A stretch of 64,000 bases of DNA from an uncultured Gammaproteobacteria bacterium. Its GTDB lineage: Bacteria > Patescibacteriota > Patescibacteriia > UBA1558 > 2-01-FULL-52-15. Every line of letters starts with the position of its first letter. Position 1 is the first letter of the stretch. The notes below the pieces were generated by a model. It searched no databases. It had not been told where the DNA came from and was given only the letters and a program-made list of their open reading frames with translations. The stretch lies in NCBI GenBank assembly GCA_964402565.1, contig CAYOCJ010000002.1, positions 79,392 through 143,391 of the forward strand, read 5' to 3'. The position numbers and the translations under genes were made by a program. Shown here piece after piece: positions 51,097-60,354 of this stretch.

Positions 51097-51711
51097 CTAC
51101 CATTTCTCGCGTGCGAGGAAGCGATACAGTTGCATGCCGATCACCATTCCGACGATCGGGCCAAGAATATACGACAAGGAAAATGATCCGAGTCCGAAAG
51201 CGACTGCAGGATTGAGGATGCCATTCGAAGCAAAGCTGGCCATTACTATTCCCAAGAGCAAAGATCCGCCGACCACAATGCCGCTCGCATCGGTTGGCGT
51301 TTTATGATAGACGACCGAGGCAATGCCAAAGCCAAAGATCAAAGCGCCCAGAGCTTCAGCGCCAGCGATGACCCATGATGACCCATTCGTTATCTTTATG
51401 GTGAGTGCCGGAGTTACCTCATGGAGCATATAGTTCAATTTGAGCCAGGCTACTGAACCGCCTACCATTTGGAAGATGATATAGAGGATTGCTTCCATCC
51501 AGTCGATCTTTCTGATTGACCAGAGTGCGATGGTGACTGCAGGGTTGATATGCGTTCCTGAAATGCCGCCCATGCTATAGACAAGCAGCGCCAAGGTCAG
51601 GCCTGCAACGACCGGGGTCGGTACGACGGAAGATGTTGCTAGAGAAAGCCCGACTGCAAGCGTCAGGATAAAGGTTCCGAATGCTTCGGCTACATATTTA
51701 TGAAAATGCAT
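51097..51711 (-). CDS. Aquaporin (MIP family)
   Basis: AE..GTF, ISGTHINPAVT and second NPA. Confidence 0.93.
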   Translation of the reverse strand: MHFHKYVAEAFGTFILTLAVGLSLATSSVVPTPVVAGLTLALLVYSMGGISGTHINPAVTIALWSIRKIDWMEAILYIIFQMVGGSVAWLKLNYMLHEVTPALTIKITNGSSWVIAGAEALGALIFGFGIASVVYHKTPTDASGIVVGGSLLLGIVMASFASNGILNPAVAFGLGSFSLSYILGPIVGMVIGMQLYRFLAREKW

Positions 51712-51819
51712 AGTTCGCTCTGTTAATGGCTAAAATACTACTGTTCGTATTGTATCATCTGGCCGGTTTTTTTCTAGAGTGCTACAGTACTATCTATAAA
51801 CAGTAACGTCGCTTGTACT

Positions 51820-52401
51820 ATGAAATACGAATTACCGAAGCTTGCCTACGCCTTCGATGCGCTGGAGCCGTATATTGATACAGCAACCATGGAGATACAT
51901 TATACGAAGCATCACCAGGCATATACAGATAAATTAAATGCAGTCCTCGAGAAAAATCCTGCCATAGCTGAAAAACCGCTGGATATGCTGATGCGCACTA
52001 TCTCCACTGTTGGTTTTTCTGAAGCAGACCAGAAAATCTTCCGCAATCATGGCGGCGGCTACCTCAATCATAACCTGTACTGGGAGATCATGGGGCCTAC
52101 AAAAGTTGTCGACGAATCTTTGACAAACGAAATAGTCAGTATCTTCGGGACGATGGAAGCTTTCAAGGAAGCATTTGAAAATGCAGCGACCATGCATTTC
52201 GGAAGCGGATGGGCATGGCTGGTCCGTGACGGGAATGGCAAGCTGCAGATCTATACCACATCGAATCAAGATTCGCCGCTTATGCAGGGCCATATTCCGA
52301 TCATCGGGCTTGATGTATGGGAGCATGCATACTATCTCAAATATCAGAACAAGCGCGCTGACTATGTGAAGAATTGGTGGAATGTGTTGAAAGTATTGTA
52401 G
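51820..52401 (+). CDS. sod: Fe/Mn superoxide dismutase
   Basis: LEPYID..TM.IHY.KHH, GG..NH..YW, FGSGWAWL, DVWEHAYY. Confidence 0.97.
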   Translation: MKYELPKLAYAFDALEPYIDTATMEIHYTKHHQAYTDKLNAVLEKNPAIAEKPLDMLMRTISTVGFSEADQKIFRNHGGGYLNHNLYWEIMGPTKVVDESLTNEIVSIFGTMEAFKEAFENAATMHFGSGWAWLVRDGNGKLQIYTTSNQDSPLMQGHIPIIGLDVWEHAYYLKYQNKRADYVKNWWNVLKVL

Positions 52402-52497
52402 GCTATCTGTGTGGCTTTACATTTTTTTGTGCGTCTGCTTAGGTAAAGACGTCACGATGTTTTTTTGAAAATGTTCCTACTCACGAAAGGAGGCAGC

Positions 52498-53004
52498 ATG
52501 CGCAGAATCGTTCTGTTGTGCACCATGGTTGCGCTCTTGAGTTGCGTCTCTTCAGAAGCATTCGCCGTTTCCACCACACACGGGAAATCTGCCTCCAGCA
52601 ATCTCAAAGAACTTCCGTCTTCAGTCGACGCGGGCTGGCATATCCGCGCCATCGCAATGGGTGAACTGGTGTACGCACGAGAGCGCGTACATTGGCTGTT
52701 GATCTACAACTACAATGAGCGTGCGCTGCAGGTGATTTTCTCGAAGCTGATGGACTCTGATGCGTTGCAGGAGAATGCCGCTGAGCTTTCGAAGATCACT
52801 GGCGAAGTCCGTTTCGTCGACAATGGCGGTAATACTGTTTTCATGTACCGTCAGACAGAATGCGAGCCGGTCGCTATCGAGGCGCAGCAATGTCGATTCC
52901 TCGACCTTACCAGCGACCTGCATGCAAAGCTGCAGGCATTCCCCTTGTTCAGCAAGGTCAGTGTCCTCGAGAGCTTGCAGAACCCTGCACAATCCCCGCC
53001 GTGA
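52498..53004 (+). CDS. Secreted hypothetical protein
   Basis: Signal peptide ..EAFA|, AAGGAGG SD, terminator 53028-53070. Confidence 0.65.
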   Translation: MRRIVLLCTMVALLSCVSSEAFAVSTTHGKSASSNLKELPSSVDAGWHIRAIAMGELVYARERVHWLLIYNYNERALQVIFSKLMDSDALQENAAELSKITGEVRFVDNGGNTVFMYRQTECEPVAIEAQQCRFLDLTSDLHAKLQAFPLFSKVSVLESLQNPAQSPP

Positions 53005-53162
53005 GTATCACGCTTCCGCAGTTTTCAGAGCCGCCGCGACCGAAAAGGTTGCTGCGGCTCGTTTTATTTTTCGCATTGAGCTGCTTTACAGATACGACAG
53101 GCAGTGATTTAGTACTAGTGTTGATCTGTTGTTTTTAACTCCGGTCATGAAGGAGGCTTCGC

Positions 53163-53654
53163 ATGCATACTTTTGTTGCATCGTTCGTCATGTTGCTGAT
53201 GTCGCACAGCGGTACGAAAATGGTCGTACCCGAGGCACAGCATGAAGACTTCAAAGTACCAGCTGCAGCCTGCATCGGCGAGGGTGTGGTTGCGTACAAA
53301 GGCGCCAATGCCCCAGTGTTCGTTTCGCGTGAAGCAAAAAGCGCAATTTTCGTGAATCTTCTCGTGGCAATGCAGGCCGACGACTTCGAGCATGTGGATA
53401 CAGTTACAACCGAACAGGCGCATGCGCGCGTCACGAAGTCGGGAACTGTTTTTCTCATGGGTTCGCCGCCGACCGAAACGATCATTTACTTCGAGAGTAA
53501 GGTTTGCAATGCAGATCGTATGGTCGCGGGCAGGTGTGATACTGGCAAAGTTTTTCAGGAGGCGTATACATACATCGAGAAGCTTCATAACGTGACCATC
53601 GTCACACCCATCACCGATGGCTGTCCGAGCATCAGCGGGAATTCAGGAGGATAA
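53163..53654 (+). CDS. Hypothetical protein (possibly exported)
   Basis: AAGGAGG SD, hydrophobic N-terminus, terminator 53661-53691. Confidence 0.6.
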   Translation: MHTFVASFVMLLMSHSGTKMVVPEAQHEDFKVPAAACIGEGVVAYKGANAPVFVSREAKSAIFVNLLVAMQADDFEHVDTVTTEQAHARVTKSGTVFLMGSPPTETIIYFESKVCNADRMVAGRCDTGKVFQEAYTYIEKLHNVTIVTPITDGCPSISGNSGG

Positions 53655-53779
53655 GAACTAGCCCGCCCCGAGTTGTAGACGAGGGGCGGGTTCGAATTTA
53701 TATCGTATTTCTGTAGGCGCAAGATAGGCAGCTATGGTATACTATTGCTATTAGACAGCAGACAGGAGCGAATACAAAA

Positions 53780-55525
53780 ATGTCTCGACATATTTTCAGC
53801 TGGAAGGTTGGTGGGGAGGCTGGCTTTGGCATCAAGTCAGCCGGTTTGTTATTCGCGAAAATGTGCAACCGCGCTGGCTATGAGGTGTTTGGCTATGATG
53901 AATATCCTTCGCTCATTCGCGGCGGGCATAATACGTACCAGGTGACCGTCTCGCAATATCAGGTTGCATCAACGGCTGAGAATATCGATATTCTCATCGC
54001 GCTCAATCGCGAAGCGGTCGTCCGCCATATCAATGAATTGACCCATGGCGGCGCGATCATCTATGACCGGGCCACGACAGCGATCTCATTGAACCAGAAG
54101 CAGCGAGACATGAACCTGAAATTGATCGACGTGCCATTGCAAGAGTTCGCTCATAAAGACAATGGCAAGCTCGTGATGCGAAATACTATCGCGCTCGGCG
54201 CAACCCAGGCGTTACTCGGCCTGCCGTTCAGCCTGCTCGAGGGAGTCATCAAAAAAACATTCGCGCATAAGGCTGATGTGGTGAAGGTGAATGTCACGGC
54301 TGCACGCCGCGGGTATGATTTTGTAAAGAAAAATTACGCAAATATAGATTTCAAGATCAAATTGCCGGTCCGCTCCATGGAAGATGAAATGCTTTTGACT
54401 GGTAACGATGCATTGTCGCTCGGCGCCATTGCCGCGGGCATGCAAATGTATGTTGCCTATCCCATGACGCCGTCATCAGGCATCTTGCATTACCTGGCGA
54501 CGAAAGCACAAAGTGAAAAGTTGATCGTCAAGCATGCTGAGGATGAAATTTCGGTCATCAATATGGCGCTCGGCGCCTCGCATGCAGGCGTCAGAGCAAT
54601 GTGCGGAACTTCTGGCGGCGGTTTTTCTCTCATGGTCGAAGCCCTGGGCCTTGCCGGCATAACCGAAACGCCGCTGGTCATCGTCAATGCACAGCGGCCA
54701 GGTCCTGCCACCGGACTTCCTACCTGGACCGAGCAGGGTGATTTGCGATTTGTCATGCATGCTGCACAAGGAGAATTTCCGCGCATTGTCATAGCTCCGG
54801 GAGATCATGAGGAATGCTTTTATCTCACGACTCAGGCCTTTAATTGGGCCGATAGGTATCAGGTGCCGGTGATCATTTTGACCGATAAATTCCTTGGCGA
54901 AAGCCACAGAACTGTACGTCCCTTTTTGCCGGGCAAGGTACGGATCGATCGAGGCAAAACTCGAATGACAGATGCTGCTTTGTCGAAAATGAAGGGCTAT
55001 CAGCGGTATCGCATCACGCCGGACGGCGTTTCGCCGCGCAGCATTCCAGGCCAGAAAAACGGTATTTTCCTAGCCAATAGCGATGAACATGACAGCTTCG
55101 GCATTACGAATGAAGACAGTGCGAACCGTATCGCTCAGGCAGACAAGCGTTTCAGGAAATTACATGGCGCAAGCGCTCACCTTGGCGGCGCAAATCTCTA
55201 CGGAAATCCTCGCGCCAAGACGACCATCGTAGCCTGGGGTTCACTGAAGGGTCCGATCATTGATGCTATGGCGTGGCTTCCTGCACGCGTGCAACGCAAA
55301 GTTAATTTTTTGCATATCAATGTTTTGTTGCCATTTCCGACAGAAGCAGTACAGCATGCATTGCGCCGGAGCAAGAAGACATTATTGATAGAGAATAACG
55401 CTACTGGCCAGCTGGGCGGCTTGCTCATGCAGGAAACTGGCATCAAACTCCAGCATCATATGTTGAAATATGACGGCAGGCCGATCTATCCGATAGATAT
55501 CAAAGAACGCATCATGAGCTTATGA
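53780..55525 (+). CDS. 2-oxoacid:ferredoxin oxidoreductase alpha (gamma-alpha fused)
   Basis: GGEAGFG, YPSLIRGGHN, YPMTP, EDEI, TSGGG..LM.E, QRPGP.TG.PT..EQ.D. Confidence 0.96.
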   Translation: MSRHIFSWKVGGEAGFGIKSAGLLFAKMCNRAGYEVFGYDEYPSLIRGGHNTYQVTVSQYQVASTAENIDILIALNREAVVRHINELTHGGAIIYDRATTAISLNQKQRDMNLKLIDVPLQEFAHKDNGKLVMRNTIALGATQALLGLPFSLLEGVIKKTFAHKADVVKVNVTAARRGYDFVKKNYANIDFKIKLPVRSMEDEMLLTGNDALSLGAIAAGMQMYVAYPMTPSSGILHYLATKAQSEKLIVKHAEDEISVINMALGASHAGVRAMCGTSGGGFSLMVEALGLAGITETPLVIVNAQRPGPATGLPTWTEQGDLRFVMHAAQGEFPRIVIAPGDHEECFYLTTQAFNWADRYQVPVIILTDKFLGESHRTVRPFLPGKVRIDRGKTRMTDAALSKMKGYQRYRITPDGVSPRSIPGQKNGIFLANSDEHDSFGITNEDSANRIAQADKRFRKLHGASAHLGGANLYGNPRAKTTIVAWGSLKGPIIDAMAWLPARVQRKVNFLHINVLLPFPTEAVQHALRRSKKTLLIENNATGQLGGLLMQETGIKLQHHMLKYDGRPIYPIDIKERIMSL

Positions 55526-56388
55526 GCCAGAAATTACCGCACGATCAATTCTCGAAACAAACGCCGACCTGGTGCCCCGGTTGCGGCAATTTTGCTATTT
55601 GGACAGCGTTAAAAAAGACCCTAACTGCACTCGGCATTAAACCGCACGAAACATTGATCGTATATGGCGTTGGCTGTGCGGGGAATATGTCCAATACAAT
55701 AAATGCATATGGCTGGCATGGTTTGCATGGACGAGCCGTTCCTGCAGCCGTTGGCGCAAAACTCGCAAATAAAGATCTGACAGTCATTATCATCGGCGGT
55801 GATGGCGATGGATATGGCGAGGGGCTGAACCATTTCATTCATGCATTGCGAGGAAATGTGGATGTTACCTATCTGGTACACAATAATAGCGTCTATGGAC
55901 TGACGACCGGGCAAGCGTCACCGACATCGCAGGTTGGTTTCAAAGGTAAGTCGACGCCGGACGGTCTGATCGATTCTCCGCTGAACCCGCTCGCAGTTGC
56001 ACTTGCTTCAGGCGGCAGCTTTGTAGCCCGGGGTTTTGCCGGACATGAGGATCATTTGGTCCGGATCATGACCCAAGCCATAAAACATAAGGGGTTTTCT
56101 TTTGTAGATATGTTCCAGCCCTGCGTAACCTTCAATAAGATAAACACCTACGCATTTTATTATGATCTGGTCTATTCATTGCAGGATGATCCGAGCTATG
56201 ACGCTTCTGATCGCAAGGCGGCTTTGATGAAAGCTCTCGAAACTGAAAAAATGGCAACCGGCATTCTGTATCAGAACACGGCAAAAAAGATGTACGAGGA
56301 TGAATTACAGTACTTGCATGGCAAGCCGCTTTTGAAGCATGATGTCTCTAAACGGAATCTGTCGCGATTATTCAAGGAGTTTATCTAA
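55522..56388 (+). CDS. 2-oxoacid:ferredoxin oxidoreductase beta
   Basis: WCPGCG, HGR, GGDGD, NNSVYGLT.GQ.SPT, QPCVTFN. Confidence 0.96.
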   Translation: MSQKLPHDQFSKQTPTWCPGCGNFAIWTALKKTLTALGIKPHETLIVYGVGCAGNMSNTINAYGWHGLHGRAVPAAVGAKLANKDLTVIIIGGDGDGYGEGLNHFIHALRGNVDVTYLVHNNSVYGLTTGQASPTSQVGFKGKSTPDGLIDSPLNPLAVALASGGSFVARGFAGHEDHLVRIMTQAIKHKGFSFVDMFQPCVTFNKINTYAFYYDLVYSLQDDPSYDASDRKAALMKALETEKMATGILYQNTAKKMYEDELQYLHGKPLLKHDVSKRNLSRLFKEFI

Positions 56389-56392
56389 TACT

Positions 56393-56716
56393 ATGCGGGG
56401 AATCTTTTCTGTTAAAGAAGTAGTTGACCGCGGTAATCTGGGCCTTGCTCTGCGCGGAACAGTTCTGTCGGGGCAGCTGATACCTGGCATGGAGGCACGT
56501 TCGGGGTATAGCATTATCATTATTAGCCAGATCGTCGACGATACTCAGGAAGCCCCTATGCATAAAAGAGCAAGAAAAGGGGAGGTTATACTTTTGCATC
56601 CTATGCAGCTGGTTTTTGAGGTAATGAAAGCGACCGAAGGAACTGAGCTAACCTTTGAAGATACACGAACTTCTCCTTCAAAAAAAGTGCTAACATTAGA
56701 GCCAGAATTGGCATAA
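56393..56716 (+). CDS. Small protein resembling EF-Tu domain II beta-barrel
   Basis: F.V.EV....G....G.V.SG.L..G pattern and A.KGE. Confidence 0.55.
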   Translation: MRGIFSVKEVVDRGNLGLALRGTVLSGQLIPGMEARSGYSIIIISQIVDDTQEAPMHKRARKGEVILLHPMQLVFEVMKATEGTELTFEDTRTSPSKKVLTLEPELA

Positions 56717-56740
56717 TAAAAAAATTGAGCTATTTTTTTA

Positions 56741-56889
56741 GCTAACCTTAGGCTAGCTTTTTTGTTTTTATTATAGATTTAGCTAAGATTAGCTAAATTA
56801 AATGTCAATACCTTTGGTGTAATTTTATTGCTAATCTTAGCAGTTATTATGACATAATGATTGACTTTTGGCTAATTTTGGAGTATACT
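56741..56889 (+). promoter_or_regulatory. Promoter (TTGACT-N17-TATACT) with four GCTAAnnTTAGC-like sites
   Basis: Sites at 56741, 56782, 56830, 56871; -35 at 56861, -10 at 56884. Confidence 0.7.
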
Positions 56890-57040
56890 GATTGTAGTAC
56901 GGTACCGCTGTACCATGGTACGGGGGTCCAGTACTAAAAACCAAAATACAAAAATAAAAATGATTATCTATAGTTTGATTCAATTAGCTTTATTTTGGTT
57001 CGAAATGAAGCTTTTTTAATATCTGATTAATACCAAGCGT

Positions 57041-57883
57041 ATGTTAAGCAAAAAGGTACGGCTCATCGATATAGCACGCGAGATCGAAAGGGACAAAAGC
57101 ACCATAATCCGATGGGAAGAAATGGGTTTGATCCCTGCAGCAACCCGCGATAGCCGTGGCTGGAGATATTATTCTGAAGAACAAGCTCGAGAAATAATCA
57201 ATCGCGTCCGAGCAACGCACTATTTTAAAGATATGCCAGACAACAATACGCACTCGGTCAAAGTTCGACCCCAAAAAATGGTCTATATCGGCGTACTGTT
57301 GGCTGTTGCTTTCATGACCGCGCAATTATTTACACTCGGTTACCGGGCTTTTGCAGCGACCTCGAACTCTAATTGGTTCACCACTGTCACTGCAGGCACC
57401 TTGAGTATCATCAGCGCTTCATCCAGTAATAGCTTTACTGGAGTAGCAGTATCATTCAGCTCTCAGACTGCCACAGCTCCTGATCTCGGCGCTGTCCGCG
57501 TCTCGGACGCACGCGGTTCGGGTGCAGGCTGGTCATTGGCTCTCTCTGGCGTCGACTGGAATGAATTGAACAATAATGCCCCAGGCGGACATATTGCTCA
57601 GCTCGATTATGACGGCACTGGTTCAGACGGCAACTTAGGAAAAATGTGTTTGATCGTATCTTCAGGCCAGATCCGCTCTCAGGCAGGACAAAATACAACC
57701 GGCATCACGAAAGGCTCGCTTGCCTGTTTCAGCGGAGGCGTTTCATCGCTCTCGATCTATACCGCTTCTTCCACGAACGGCAAAGGCGATTACTGGATCA
57801 CTGATTTCTCTTTGCAGCAATTCATCCCGTCAAACCCGACAGCGCAGAACCTGACAACGACATTAACACTCACGCTCAGCTAA
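57041..57883 (+). CDS. MerR/BldC-like HTH fused to signal anchor and WxL domain
   Basis: IAREI....STIIRWEE.GLIP...RD.RGWRYYS; TM ending AFA; V.AG.L, VSDARG.GAGWSL, C-terminal LTLTLS. Confidence 0.85.
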   Translation: MLSKKVRLIDIAREIERDKSTIIRWEEMGLIPAATRDSRGWRYYSEEQAREIINRVRATHYFKDMPDNNTHSVKVRPQKMVYIGVLLAVAFMTAQLFTLGYRAFAATSNSNWFTTVTAGTLSIISASSSNSFTGVAVSFSSQTATAPDLGAVRVSDARGSGAGWSLALSGVDWNELNNNAPGGHIAQLDYDGTGSDGNLGKMCLIVSSGQIRSQAGQNTTGITKGSLACFSGGVSSLSIYTASSTNGKGDYWITDFSLQQFIPSNPTAQNLTTTLTLTLS

Positions 57884-57910
57884 TCACATCGGCAGATCAA
57901 AACCATTGCT

Positions 57911-58552
57911 ATGATCCGCACTGCAGACAATAACTTCCGACGAATCCGCTACACCATCATTTCGTTGGTCGTGCTGGTCATGACCACTCAGCTTTTTACT
58001 CTGGGCTTGCGGGTCTATGCCTCGGTTAACAATGTGAATGCTTTTACGACGGTTACCGCCGGCGTATTGCAAACAATCAGCGCAAGCTCCAGCAATAGCT
58101 TCACGGGCGTTTCAGTATTGTTCACTTCACAGACAGCAACCATGCCTGACCTTGGCGCTATGCGAGTTTCTGATGCCCGCGGTTCAGGAGCCGGCTGGTC
58201 TATGGCGCTTTCAGCAACTGACTGGGGTACTTTGAATAACCAGGGCGGAACGAATGCGCAAACACACCAGCTTGATTATGACGGCACTGGTTCAGACGGC
58301 AACTTGGGCAAGATGTGCCTCATCGTAGCTTCAGGACAAATTCGTTCACAAGCTGGCCAGGACACCTCTGGTATTACCAAAGGTTCATTGAATTGCTTCA
58401 GCGGTACGGTTACCTCAGCATCGATCTACACTGCAGCTACGAGCAGCGGCAAGGGCGATTATTGGATCACTGACTTCTCATTGACTCAATTCATCCCGTC
58501 AAACCCGACTGCTCAGAATCTGACGACCACTTTAACGTTGACCTTAAGTTAA
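57911..58552 (+). CDS. WxL-domain surface protein (paralog without HTH)
   Basis: Signal peptide ..VYA|, VSDARGSGAGWSM, highly similar to the upstream WxL domain. Confidence 0.85.
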   Translation: MIRTADNNFRRIRYTIISLVVLVMTTQLFTLGLRVYASVNNVNAFTTVTAGVLQTISASSSNSFTGVSVLFTSQTATMPDLGAMRVSDARGSGAGWSMALSATDWGTLNNQGGTNAQTHQLDYDGTGSDGNLGKMCLIVASGQIRSQAGQDTSGITKGSLNCFSGTVTSASIYTAATSSGKGDYWITDFSLTQFIPSNPTAQNLTTTLTLTLS

Positions 58553-58567
58553 TTTGAAATAGTTTAT

Positions 58568-59887
58568 ATGAACGAACAAAATATAAAAACAACGAGCGCA
58601 AGCGTACGATACTCAACGATGACCGTGTTGGTCATTTCCAATTTGCTGACACTTTGGCTTGGCACCGGCTTTGCAGCGGTATATGGCCAGGGTATTGGTA
58701 CCTTGAGCAGTATGATAGAAACACAGGCTGTTCTTGCGGCGGCCGTACCGCTGGTTCCTGTAAAAATACAGCCGCAGGTCATTGATGATCAACTTCGCGC
58801 GGTCATTCTTTCAGATCCGCATCCAGCTCTGGTCGTCGGCGGTTCAAAACGAGAAGTAGGACGTTTTTCTTTGCAGGCAGGGGCACAACCAGTGTATGTT
58901 CGATCTTTGTCATTCACCATCATGCCTCCTGATCAGGAATATCCGGCTCGTCTTGGTATTGCTGGAGATGCTCGGAATATTCAGCAATTGGAAGTATGGC
59001 AGAGCGGAGCATCAGCACCTCTTGCAATTGTTAATGTGAATAATAATCCGGACATCATGGTCACGTTGCAAACGCCAATACTCTTAAAGGCAGGCATGTC
59101 GCGTGAGTATAGTGTGAAAGCACGATTCGCTACGGTGGGTGTAGGGTCTGCTGTGCGCTCCGGTTCAGGCATTGCATTGAAGCTCTCTGGTGTCGGTGCA
59201 ACTGATCAGACAGGTGAAATAGCAATGTTAACGAGCGGTCTGGGACGCTCATTCTATACGTTCTCGTCTTTTCAATCAGTACCGACAGTCACTATACAAA
59301 ATAACACAGTAACGCCGAGCATATCGGGTGCGGCGGTAGATCTGATCAAATTTTCAACGTCGGCAAATGCTGCGGGTCCCTTAGGCCTTGCGAAATTCTC
59401 ATTCGCCATCACTGGGACTGGCGCAGCAACAGGATTTAATAATCTAATGCTCTATGTATCTGATAGTGCTTCTGCCATTGGTAACCTGGTGGCAAATACG
59501 CCTGATATCGTAGTGACATCTGCTCCTGACGATCCAAGTGCGTTGTATGCGAGAGCGCGATTCGATGTAAATAATGATGCGCCTTACCCGCACACTGCGC
59601 CCGGATCTTCTGAGGCATTGATAGTATACCCTGGTTCTACAAAGTATTTTACTTTGCGCGGCACACCGACTCAGAATGCAACTGGGAATTATATAACCTA
59701 TATGGTCGAAGATCAGGGCTTCTCAGCAACGATACCGTTGAATGTGCTTGCAATAGAGCAATCCAGCTTCTCAAGTACTATTTGGTCTGACCTTAACTTT
59801 TATATGTACTCGAGCACCACGGCTACGCAAACTGAAGGATGGTTCAATGGCTACCGAGTCGATGGTTTGCCGATGGGTGCTCCATAA
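58568..59887 (+). CDS. Surface protein with beta-sandwich domains
   Basis: N-terminal TM, Ser/Thr/Gly-rich beta-strand pattern. Confidence 0.75.
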   Translation: MNEQNIKTTSASVRYSTMTVLVISNLLTLWLGTGFAAVYGQGIGTLSSMIETQAVLAAAVPLVPVKIQPQVIDDQLRAVILSDPHPALVVGGSKREVGRFSLQAGAQPVYVRSLSFTIMPPDQEYPARLGIAGDARNIQQLEVWQSGASAPLAIVNVNNNPDIMVTLQTPILLKAGMSREYSVKARFATVGVGSAVRSGSGIALKLSGVGATDQTGEIAMLTSGLGRSFYTFSSFQSVPTVTIQNNTVTPSISGAAVDLIKFSTSANAAGPLGLAKFSFAITGTGAATGFNNLMLYVSDSASAIGNLVANTPDIVVTSAPDDPSALYARARFDVNNDAPYPHTAPGSSEALIVYPGSTKYFTLRGTPTQNATGNYITYMVEDQGFSATIPLNVLAIEQSSFSSTIWSDLNFYMYSSTTATQTEGWFNGYRVDGLPMGAP

Positions 59888-59932
59888 GCTCATGTATTCT
59901 CAGTATTAAAAAATTATTACAAAAATAATCAT

Positions 59933-60328
59933 ATGCATCAGAACGTAAATAGAATGTCTATGCACTATAGCGGGTATATGGTTCTTACTCTCGCTATGGT
60001 GGTCGTGTTTTTCCTCGGGATGCTCATCGTGGAGATCCCCTTCGCTGCAGGTTTAGGCTATTTCCATGACCTGCAGAGAAATTCAGTCATTTCAAAGAAA
60101 ATGCAGAGCATGCAGGTTCAGTATCAGAAACAGATTTCGCAAGTTCAGGTTGCAGGTTTTGAAACTGATATCGCTGATGAATGCGGAGCAGATTTCGATG
60201 ACTGCTCGCAAACCTATAAGTATGAATTGCAGGCAGGCTTCATCACTAACGATGAATGGGCGCAAAGCCAGGGGGAGTGCGAAGCTATGCGCGATGAATG
60301 CCTAGCGCCGGATGATACAACTCAATAA
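59933..60328 (+). CDS. Small membrane-anchored twin-Cx6C protein
   Basis: TM plus Cx6C-x24-Cx6C; paralog of 62182. Confidence 0.8.
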   Translation: MHQNVNRMSMHYSGYMVLTLAMVVVFFLGMLIVEIPFAAGLGYFHDLQRNSVISKKMQSMQVQYQKQISQVQVAGFETDIADECGADFDDCSQTYKYELQAGFITNDEWAQSQGECEAMRDECLAPDDTTQ

Positions 60329-60354
60329 TTAAATCAAAAAACAAAAACAAAAAT

